Source of the DNA: Mobula hypostoma
Taxonomy: Eukaryota
Length of the DNA: 64,000 nt
Direction: 5' to 3'
NCBI RefSeq assembly: GCF_963921235.1
Contig: NC_086110.1
Span: forward strand, 9,424,001-9,488,000
Each line of letters opens with the position of its first letter. Within the stretch, counting starts at the first letter, position 1. Of the stretch, positions 49,597 through 59,469 are shown one piece after another. The notes under the pieces are model-generated. The model saw only the letters and a program-made list of their open reading frames with translations, was not told where the DNA came from and made no database searches. Made by a program: the position numbers and the translations under genes.

Positions 49597-50897
49597 GCAA
49601 ACAACAGGAATTCTGCAGATGCTGGAAATTCAAGCAACATACATCAAAGTTGCTGGTGAACGCAGCAGGCCAAGCAGCATCTATAAGAAGAGGCGCAGTC
49701 GACGTTTCAGGCCGAGACCCTTCGTCAGGACTAACTGAAGGAAGAGTGAGTAAGGGATTTGAAAGCTGGAGGGGGAGGGGGAGATCCAAAATGATAGGAG
49801 AAGACAGGAGGGGGAGGGATAGAGCCGAGAGCTGGACAGGTGATAGGCAAAAGGGGATACGAGAGGATCATGGGACAGGAGGTCCGGGAAGAAAGACGGG
49901 GGGGGGGGTGACCCAGAGGATGGGCAAGAGGTATATTCAGAGGGACAGAGGGAGAAAAAGGAGAGTGAGAGAAAGAATGTGTGCATAAAAATGAGTAACA
50001 GATGGGGTACGAGGGGGAGGTGGGGCCTTAGTGGAAGTTAGAGAAGTCAATGTTCATGCCATCAGGTTGGAGGCTACCCAGACGGAATATAAGGTGTTGT
50101 TCCTCCAACCTGAGTGTGGCTTCATCTTTACAGTAGAGGAGGCCGTGGATAGACATGTCAGAATGGGAATGAGATGTGGAATTAAAATGTGTGGCCACTG
50201 GGAGATCCTGCTTTCTCTGGCGGACAGAGCGTAGATGTTCAGCAAAGCGGTCTCCCAGTCTGCGTCGGGTCTCACCAATATATAAAAGGCCACATCGGGA
50301 GCACCGGACGCAGTATATCACCCCAGTCGACTCACAGGTGAAGTGATGCCTCACCTGGAAGGACTGTTTGGGGCCCTGAATCGTGGTAAGGGAGGAAGTG
50401 TAAGGGCATGTGTAGCACTTGTTCCGCTTACACGGATAAGTGCCAGGAGGGATATCAGTGGGGAGGGATGGGGGGGGACGAATGGACAAGGGAGTTGTGT
50501 AGGGAGCGATCCCTGCGGAATGCGGGGGGGGAGGGAGGGAAAGATGTGCTTAGTGGTGGGATCCCGTTGGAGGTGGCGGAAGTTACGGAGAATAATATGT
50601 TGGACCTGGAGGCTGGTGGGGTGGTAGGTGAGGACCAGGGGAACCCTATTCCTAGTGGGGTGGTGGAGGATGGAGTGAGAGCAGATGTACGTGAAATGGG
50701 GGAGATGCGTTTAAGAGCAGAGTTGATAGTGGAGGAAGGGAAGCCCCTTTCTTTAAAAAATGAAGACATCTCCCTCGTCCTAGAATGAAAAGCCTCATCC
50801 TGAGAGCAGATGCGGCGGAGACGGAGGAATTGCGAGAAGGGGATGGCGTTTTTGCAAGAGACAGGGTGAGAAGAGGAATAGTCCAGATAGCTGTGAG
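49597..50897 (-). mobile_element. Penelope-like element, 5'-truncated (RT thumb, GIY-YIG endonuclease, tail) with 12-bp TSD
   Basis: YLDYSSSHP...IPFSQFLRLRRIC; ORF 50028-50489 with VIYCVRCSRCGLLYIGETRRRLGDRFAEH. TSD ATACATGTTGTT at 49585-49596 and 50898-50909. Confidence 0.93.
49697..49732 (-). ncRNA. minimal type I hammerhead ribozyme motif in Penelope tail
   Basis: The reverse complement is AGUC-CUGACGA-AGGGUCUCGGCCU-GAAA-C-GUC-GACU, identical to 9385-9420. Confidence 0.75.
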
Positions 50898-52066
50898 ATA
50901 CATGTTGTTATTCAATTCGCATATAGATAATGCTAATAGCTTGCTTTATTTCTTAATAGCTGGTACTACCCGTGACTCATGCATTGGGACACCCAGAAGC
51001 TTCCACATCTCAAAGTTCTGCATTTTGTGATTTTGTGTTTCATATTAAAAATATATATATCCTAACTTAATAAATTCAGTAAGTTCAGAGTTACATTATA
51101 CTGTAGCTGGCCCATTCTTTGGTAATTCTTTGGTATCCTATTGTCCTCTTCTAAACTTGTTTTCTTACATAGTTGGTGTCAATACTAGTTTTAACAATAC
51201 ATGCGATCATGTATGTCATTTATATAAATTAGAAAGCATTAGGGCCCCAGCACATAACTATCAGGCACACTATCTTGCAAATCATAAAACACAACCATTC
51301 TTGCATGCAATCTACGTCCAGTTACTCAGCCAATCTGGATCCTAAGGGCTGTGTTTGACAAATTTGTCTGTGTGACATCCTTCTGTTATAATAATTCTAT
51401 GTATTTGTAATGGTTGCTTTGTGTACGCATATAGAAGTATGATAGCTGCAATAAAATATTTTCATGCTGCTTTTATCTGTTAACATTGTTAACCTAACAG
51501 GTAGACATTTGCAAATGGATGTCCCAAGTTTTCCTGTATGCAGATCGTAGTGAACTTCTATTTTAACCTTCTTTCTTTATAATACCTCTCAGGCAGAAGT
51601 GTGTTTATTTATCATTTTGTTTTATTTAGTGAAAGGAGCCCTTAGTTTGTTAAATAAATCTGAAATATTTCATCGTCTATCTCTAGTTCATCATTGAGTT
51701 TATCAGAGATGGAATATTTTTGGTGCCCCAAAAACAATTCCATTAAACAGTTGTAATGTTTTATCAAGGAGGCATTACTAAAGAATATCGAAGAACCGCA
51801 TGAAATTAGATTGCTGTTTTCTTAAGCCCTGGTCATCTGAGTTAACAGGCAGTTAATTATGTTTAAATTATAGCACCGTAGTCACCCATCAATGACAACA
51901 AAAGCTGAATTCATCTCGTAGAAGTAAACAGAAATTTCGAAGCATTGCACATGACGTGGGGATAGAACCTGAATCTATTCAAGTCCGATTGAAATGCATT
52001 GGTTGTAATTATTTTGTATATTTAGCCATAACTACCTCATGCGTGCAGAATAAAAAGCAAACTTAC

Positions 52067-52111
52067 ATATGCAGTGCCAACTCACTATTGTGTCGTTAGC
52101 TCCAACAAAAT
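52067..52111 (-). CDS. possible second cytoplasmic micro-exon of the IgSF receptor
   Basis: Acceptor gttcgctcacag|, 45 nt open in phase 1, donor |gtaagt. There is an alternative internal donor |gtgagt after ...NDTI. Confidence 0.25.
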
Positions 52112-52630
52112 CTGTGAGCGAACATTTGAAGTTTCTTTGCAGAGCTTGAAATGACAGTGAAATCTTGCCATGGATATAGTCAGATAATTGTTGCTGAATC
52201 AAGAATTTAAATTAATGCCGCACTCTCAAAAAGATAACGTAGTGGAGAAAATTTCCAAGTTTAGTTTCTAAATATTTGCCGAAGGAGTAGCTGTTTCTCT
52301 TGGGTAAGTTAGTTAGGGAAAATGCTATAACTGTCAATTATGCCAGGTTTTGTCTTCTAATGCCATTTAAGTAAGTTGTCCAGTTGTACAGACTCAACGG
52401 GCTTCTGGAAAATAAACGGGAGAGCGGACTTCTGGCTATCCGGCTACAAGTATTCATTTTTCAGATAGTCAGCGGAGTTGCTTACAGTGGTGTTAGGCAG
52501 GTTGATGTCGGGTATGTTGCTACTCCGGACACAGTGAACACACCAGAGCTGGAAGAATCGCTTTGGTGCCATCTTCTGCGTCAGTGTTGTTGCCCTAATG
52601 TGATTTAGTTAGGGAACAACGTAAACTTAC

Positions 52631-52681
52631 ACAAACACAAGCGGACAACATATATCGAATTGTTTACTTCTTCGTTTATTT
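52631..52681 (-). CDS. possible cytoplasmic micro-exon of the IgSF receptor (EINEEVNNSIYVVRLCL)
   Basis: Strong acceptor ttttgcttttctgtcag|, 51 nt, phase 1-1 and open, with donor |gtaagt. Confidence 0.4.
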
Positions 52682-53123
52682 CTGACAGAAAAGCAAAATT
52701 TGAAAACTTCTCGGAAAATGACGTAAGATGTCATGCATTATCTAAGACAAATGTCAATTTAGATTGATTGAGTAATCTAAACGAATCAAATATTTCGTAA
52801 CCTGATATTATTCTTCCCGTCGGATCATCTGGTGACGATCAGTGGAGTACTACTGCTGGTTGAAAATTGTAAATAACTTGTCTACTCTGCCTTCAAAGGT
52901 TCAGTGTTTTTATACCATAAGACCATAAGAAATATTTTCTGCCTATCTTTAAATAAATCTAATTGTAATAGAGCGAGTGAAATCAGATATATAATTCATT
53001 ACAAATCCGCTCAACTTAAGATATATACTGCACTTCCGGAGTACAGATGATGAACATAAACAGCTACTAGAGTTCAATCTGCATTCAAACAAAATTGCGT
53101 GTTAAACTGAAAGGGTACTTTAC

Positions 53124-53246
53124 CTCTACAGTTGATGAACCTGAACGGGATTCTGGTAATGACCATTAGAAGAAAAAATGTCAATGCAAACCCTATGCAT
53201 CCAAAAACCTTTAAATAAAAATTAATCGAAGTCCAGGCGTCTCGAT
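53124..53246 (-). CDS. IgSF receptor transmembrane exon (DRDAWTSINFYLKVFGCIGFALTFFLLMVITRIPFRFINCR)
   Basis: Acceptor tatactatccttccag|, donor |gtaaag, 123 nt, phase 1-1 and in frame with the C1 exon. It encodes a hydrophobic segment of about 22 aa containing one Lys. Confidence 0.8.
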
Positions 53247-53579
53247 CTGGAAGGATAGTATAAAATTCACATTTGAAATTGTCAACAAACCTCTTACTAG
53301 ACTTAGTAACTATCTGAATTTGCTGAAAATACATTCATCACCGTTTAACTATGTAAAAAAGGGGAAGGGCGATGAACGAGACAATTCCGTACAGTGGAAA
53401 ACAGCTAAGACAGTTTAATGTCATTGAAATTTACCAATTAGTATTTACCAGTTTCCTCTGACTGTACTAGGCAAGCCAACTTCTATTCCCATGTATTAAA
53501 AGTCAAATGTCCCCCATTGTCGAATTATTGCACTCGTAGACTGCTGATTGACGCTGGTTTGCCAAGAAATATATCTTAC

Positions 53580-53876
53580 CTGGATTGGAATTAGGAACCA
53601 AATAAACTGCGATGGCTGGAATTTTCAGAGTTATGTGAGCTGCCAGACAGGTGTAAACAGTACCGCTCTGGGCAAGCTGTGCGTCATGAAGAGTACTAGA
53701 AGCTTCATACATGCCGGCGCTGTTGAGCCGTTGAGTGGTATTTATTCCATTCGAAATGGTTTTGTTATTTTTATACCAAACAATAGTCACTCCTGCCGGG
53801 TAAAATGGAGCCATATTACAGAAGAGAGTTGATGGCTCTCTTCTATTTCTAAGAATTTGCAGAGGAGTTGGTGAAG
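53580..53876 (-). CDS. IgSF receptor C1-set domain exon
   Basis: Acceptor aatttttcatcag|, donor |gtaaga, 297 nt, phase 1-1. It encodes LFCNMAPFYPAGVTIVWYKN...GMYEASSTL...YTCLAAH, with the C1 hallmarks C-x4-FYP, W, G-x-Y-x3-S-x-L and Y-x-C-x3-H. Confidence 0.9.
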
Positions 53877-55516
53877 CTGATGAAAAATTAAGGATAATTA
53901 TAAGTTTACATTAAAAATTGGATTTTAAAACAACACCCCGAACCCAAGCAGCTTTTCCATTTTAAACCTGCAGCATTATAATCAGAGAGCAATAAACCAG
54001 TTACGAATGAAATGGCCATGTTACATTTTAAGTAGTGAAAATTACAGTTCATGGAATTGCAAAAAAGAGGGTCGCTACCGAATATCTGTCTAATTAAATC
54101 GCATATCTTATTTCTTCAACTTACAAAAGTTGCCAACTTTTTATGTAAATCTCAGCTAAATGTTAGCAATGAACGTAATTCTCACGTTTTCCAGTGCACT
54201 TTGGATCTCAACAATTACACGTGTTTTCCCTACCAGTTCCCGTATCTTCTGATCCCCTGAATAGAACATAGAAGGACTAATTCCGGAACCAACAGTATCA
54301 CAGTATGTAAAAAAAAACTCCTCTCTGCAACAATAGGACATGGGGCTTTAGGACTTCCGTGATAAGTTGTGAAGATACGCTCACACCTGCGGATCGTCAG
54401 AAATAGAATATATCATCAATTTCCATCCACGAGAATAGATTGAAATATATTCAGGAATCTACATTGTTAGGGGAAAAAAATCTTCATTTTCCAGAATAGC
54501 TCCAGCTGCGAGAGCCATTCTTAGCTGGTTGGAAGGATGGAAATTACACGTGATGATACTCATATTTGAGCAAATCAGATGAGAACTCAATAAGTAGGAT
54601 TCCCATCTGGGGTTACACTAAGCTGTGCATTTGTGACTAGAAAGGCAGCTGGCATCAGACACAGATCGGTCAATATAAGCCAGAGTGTTTTGGCCAAGGC
54701 ACAGATGCAGCACTCTTCTTTCCCAAGTTTTGAGCTCTCAGCCAAATCTTGCGGTTTGAACATATGCAAGAGTAAATCTTTAGTGCACACTCCAGAATTG
54801 TTGCAAATTCGAAGGTGGGGTCGAAGTCAGGAGATGCTAATGTGATATTCTACGTCTGCCTCTTCTAGTGCACTTGAAATAAACAAAAGCATGGCATTTG
54901 CTATGGTGCCTTAGGCAATAATTCTGAGTCAAGTAACAATATTAGAGCTTTGAAGATCATCTCATAGTCTCGTATACGCCTTGCTGAATCTATTTTCCCT
55001 TTACTGTTTTCCAAATTCACAGAAATATGTACCTTTCAATAACTGCTAAGTGTTGTCAAGCGCAAGCAATAATAAAACGCATTATGTTTCTGCAAATCGC
55101 ATCAAGATTTGGCATACACTTCATGGAAAATCATTTCGGAGAAATGCTTGGACGCATATTCCTTTAGCGGGAGATTCGTAGTTCAGATGGTCAGGATTAT
55201 GAATATTGAAACAATTTAATAATCGGCATTAATAAGTAATAGGAAAAGGCTATGTAATTGCAGAACCTGCATTCCCCCTAATCTGGCACGTAAAATACTC
55301 TTCTGTATGCTTACGAGAGAAAATAAAGTTAAACATCAAAGCACTGAAACATGTTAATAGCCAAGGAAGTGAATCTACAAGTGTTTTCGATATCAATTTA
55401 TGGAAAAGAGGACTTTGTTTCCTGATGTAAATATTAAAGCAAGGCACAGCCCACGTGTACGGGGTTGGATTATCACATCTAGATCGCAAATGATCTGAAC
55501 TTTATCTGAATCTTAC

Positions 55517-55831
55517 CAATGACAACAAGCTGTGATCCACTGCCATTTGCCACATTTAATCCTCTGAACTTGATTCCGCAGTGATAGACTCCAGAGTCGG
55601 AGATACTGATATTCAGGAGCTGGAGTGAGACCTTTTCTTCCCCAATGTCAATATATTTCCTGCTATCTGGTTGAATGAGCTCTACTTCGCCAAGTTTCCA
55701 CCAGTAAATGTTGACTTTTGACATTTCTTCGGAGTTGGAAATTGTGCAGCTGAAAATGACATTTTCACCAACGAATGATCTGGTACGTTCGGGGGTTTGG
55801 ACTACTTGAAATACCTCGTCGGCAGCAGCTA
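55517..55831 (-). CDS. IgSF receptor V-set exon with germline-joined J-like G strand (NCR3/NKp30-like)
   Basis: Acceptor gttcgttttcag|, donor |gtaaga, 315 nt, phase 1-1. It encodes VVQTP...FSC...YWW...LQLLNISISDSGVYHC...NGSGSQLVV. Confidence 0.92.
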
Positions 55832-55963
55832 CTGAAAACGAACATGAATTATTATTACAAAACACAAAGTAAGATTTAGAATGAGAAATAGAGATACAGA
55901 AAGAAATATAAAACGAACTGAAGGAAACTACGGTGAAAATAATCCCCACGAGTTGGTTACTAC

Positions 55964-56024
55964 CGAGCGCAGCGAAAAAATACATGTCAGTGATCGATAC
56001 AGTTATCTTGAAGGCATCAAACAT
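55964..56024 (-). CDS. probable leader exon of the IgSF receptor (MFDAFKITVSITDMYFFAAL)
   Basis: ATG at 56024, 61 nt ending at a phase-1 donor G|gtagta, with a 132-bp intron to the V exon. The donor is weak and hydrophobicity is only moderate. Confidence 0.4.
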
Positions 56025-56734
56025 GAACTGTAATCACTTGGCAATGTCAGTGATATGAACTGCGAGGAAACGAGGTATGACACTACCTGTCCGTCATTTG
56101 TGCCATCCAATGAGGTTACAGAATGGAATATAATTGCGAGAAGTGCAGCCTCGTCCCAGTTCCGAATGTTATATCAAGTTACTGTAATCGTTTGCTTATG
56201 TTCGTAAATTTTGATCCACACAGGCATTAGGATAGGATACTTGATAGAATCAGTCAAACCGAGGTTGATATTACCGACCTTTGAATTAACGACAGGAAGG
56301 TACTGATATCCAAAACTCATATATCCCTATTTTAATTAGTTTAATTACCTTATTTCTTTTCATAAGTCAGAATGCGGTAGAGTTCAGACACAGTAAGAAA
56401 CAACGATTAGTGGTAGAAAACAACCAGTTTGTTTAGGAAAAAGACGATTTCGGCTTCGTGAACTTAAACCATCCAACAGGTCTTTGGATAACATTCTAAT
56501 AGCTTTGGGGGAAAAACAGGCCAGACATTGGAACAGAACTATAAATCCTGTGATGGAGCTGAAAACATTTATGGAATGAGAATTACGGAAGAAAGAATCA
56601 AACACCCGATTATCTGCAACTGAGTCCTCGACGTTACATCCCTCAAGAGTAAAAATTGACAGCGAAATAGCATTTGGCAGAAAATGGTTTTATAATTTAC
56701 GTATGGCTAATCGAAAGATTAAAGACTGCCTTTA

Positions 56735-56960
56735 TTTGTCAGGTGTAAGTCTAAAATGCGTTGTTTGCGAGAAATCAAATCAGCGAAGATTGTGCTAGGC
56801 ACCCCACAAATGTCGCCAGTCTTCCAGTGCCAATATGCATGTACACAACCTACTAACCCTAACCGTATCTCTTTGGGTTGTGGAAACCGAAGTACTCGGA
56901 GAAAACCAACTCGGTAACGGGGAGAATGTACAGACTTCTTAAAGTTAGCAGCGGATTTAA
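56735..56960 (-). mobile_element. tRNA-derived SINE, 5'-truncated
   Basis: B-box-like GGTTTAAATCC, then ctccccgttaccgagttggttttctccgagtacttcggtttcc and an AATAAA tail. Confidence 0.65.
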
Positions 56961-57075
56961 ACCCTGCTGAAGGGTCTCGGCCCGAAACGACGACTATACT
57001 CTTTACCGGCTGAGTTCCTCCAGCATTTTCTGTGTGTTGCTTGGATTTCCAGTATCCACAGATTGTCTCTTGTTT
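56960..57075 (+). mobile_element. Penelope-like tail fragment with mutated hammerhead
   Basis: CTGCTGAagggtctcggcccGAAACGAC, then ttcctccagcattttctgtgtgttgc. Confidence 0.75.
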
Positions 57076-57699
57076 GTGAACACTGCTTTCTACGGACATT
57101 AATTCAAGAGTGATAACGAACCAAGCCAGATTATGGCACTCATTAGCTATTTTTGCTTATTTATTGGAATGACGTTATTCACGTCAGGTTCATCACATTT
57201 TTCAGGAAAACCACATATTTATGCCGCTAAACATTATTCTTATTTATAGCAAATAAATTGCAAGAATGAACATTATTACTCATTAAACAAAGTATCTGAA
57301 TGTTTTAACTTCATAAATAATCACAAGAGAATTAAAAGAGTGGAACCCCAATTGCTCCTACTTCCTGCTACAAGTAGCACAGAATCACGATTTTGCATGC
57401 GTCTCCTTTATCGACATCTCGGGTGTATTGCCTTATGGTTCTCTAGGACACTTTCAGGTCAATATCCTGAAAACAGAAAAGGAAATGTCATTATTCACAC
57501 AAAAGAGTGATTGATTACCAAAGCTGACACTGGTACTGGGCTGAATGTAAAACTTCCACGTCATTCGGCATCGAATATAACATGAACAGAAACGCCAGCT
57601 TCTAGATTATTGAAACCTAACGGAAGAAACATTTCTTCAGATGATCTCAGATTTCTGCACCAGAACGTGAAGCCTGCTGTTTTTCTTTTTGAAGGCCTA

Positions 57700-58612
57700 A
57701 ATCACAAACAATTTTGCAGACGATACAATCCTTGACCCTCGTGTTTCCTAAATTGGAGAGATCTGACTTACAAGAAGATAGGCATAGATAATATTGAGAT
57801 CAGGGAGAGGTATGTTGGTATTCTACGTCATGTTGCTGTTACAAAGAAAGAGGTAGAAAAGTATTGAAGTCTTTATTGTAATACCCATGATATTGAGTGA
57901 GGCAAGGTAAAATATTGCTGGAGTCTTGATAGCAATGTTTATATAATCATTAGCTAAGGTAAGATTTCAGAATACTTGAGAAAACTAGTGATGTTTATCT
58001 GTTTAAGAAGGTCAACTGGGGTAATTCAGGAAATCATACGCAATGGGCCTTAGATCATTGGTATGGAGATGATTGGACAAGTTTGACGGGGACAAAAAAG
58101 ACATTTTTTTTTCCAGATAGCATGGATTTCTGTGGGGATGCTCCTATTTTTGAAAAGTGAATAAGATGGTCAGTCAACTTCGGACAGTGAATATTATCTA
58201 CATAAAATCAATATAACACTTGACAATATCCCTCACGGTAGCCAGGTATCAAATATTAAGTCACCAGGAATCTACCGTGAGTTGTTACGTTGAATAAAAA
58301 GTTGCCGAGGTCATAAACGACAGAAAGTTGGATACAGAAGTATTTTTTTTTACTGCAAGTCTGTGACCGGTGGAACTCCGCAAAGATATGTTTTTTGTAA
58401 TACACCTATGTTATTTAGATGCAGGTGTGGATGGTCTGAGTAGTAAATATGAAGATGGCACAAAAATGGCGGAGAAATGGACATAGAAGAATGTTATCAA
58501 AGTACACTGCAAGAACTAGACCAAATGGAAATTTAGATGGAGAAGTGAAGATAGGATTTAATCCGGACAAGGGTGAGGTGCTGCCTATTGGGAGATCAAA
58601 TGCACGAAGAAT
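57700..58612 (+). mobile_element. highly decayed CR1 linker/RT remnant
   Basis: Residual RT motifs (dgtk..g, fnpdKgEVl..Gr). Confidence 0.5.
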
Positions 58613-59466
58613 TGTCAAACAGTGGGTGTTGAAGGCGGACCCAAATGCAAGACACAAACACTGAGGTACTGGGAACTGGACTGGACTGGACACAGACTAC
58701 GAGCTGGGACAGGAACACGGAATTGGGCGAGGACTTTGGCAGGGAAAGCGGGACCAGAACAAGGAACTGGGAACTAAGAGCGTGGGTTAGTTCCAGAGAC
58801 TGGACAAGGACCCAGAACCTGGGTCTTGACTTGGGCTCGGACCCCGGATCTAGGCGAGGACATGACGTGGCTACAGGACTGGACATGGCTTGGGTTCGGA
58901 TTCGGTTCTTCGAGGCTTGGCTACAGGACTAGACAAGGCTTGGGTTCTTCGAGGCTTGGCTACAGGTCTAGACGAGGCTTGGGTTCTTCGAGGTTTGGGT
59001 ATGGACTCTTCCGAGCCAGAGACTGGGTAAGGACCCAGAACCTGGGTCTTGACTTGGGGTCGGACTCTGGAACTAAGAGAAGACATGACGTGGCTACAGG
59101 ACTAGACGAGGCTTGGATTCTTCGATGCTTTCCTGGGCAGGCCGATGAACTACTGGGCAGGACGAAGAACTCCTGGGCAGGATGAGGAACTCCTGGGCAG
59201 GACGAGGAATTCCAGGGCAGGATGAGGTACTCCTGGGCAGGACGAGATACTCCTTCTTGGAACGCCAGGCCGGGATGCTTACTAGGATCAGGGACTGGGA
59301 TGACTGCCAAGGTAACCGTTGAGAAAATTGTCAAGGATTCAGATGGAGAGGGGAAGGGAACAGACCAGCCTCGGGGTAACGGCAAAGACGGCCTGACTTA
59401 CCCAACGGAGGCGAGGACGGGAAGGAACAGATCCAACCGCAGGGTAACGGCAAGGTCGGCCTGACA
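58613..59466 (-). mobile_element. LTR-like element with internal minisatellites (copy 2, truncated by CR1)
   Basis: TGTCA terminus at 58613, homologous to 22250-23697, with GAGGCTTGGGTTCTTC repeats and five 20-bp GAACTCCTGGGCAGGAYGAG units at about 59147-59246. Confidence 0.6.
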
Positions 59467-59469
59467 GTA

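Noticed and set aside
52530-52570. CACAGTG heptamers (also ~47023, ~38656, ~26472) as RAG recombination signals
   Set aside because: No ACAAAAACC-like nonamer was seen at 12- or 23-bp spacing, none abuts the V exon, and the V already contains its J-like strand.
54480-54860. Extra exon in the V-C1 intron
   Set aside because: No minus-strand Ig motifs or phase-1 pair were found. The sequence looks more like a very old plus-strand LINE RT remnant.
57330-57470. Alternative upstream leader exon (MQNRDSVLLVAG...)
   Set aside because: There is a good acceptor but no phase-1 donor before the stop. It could be a 5' UTR exon but cannot be supported as coding.
59147-59246. 20-bp repeats as a CRISPR array
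   Set aside because: The units are head-to-tail with no unique spacers, in a vertebrate context, inside an LTR-like element.
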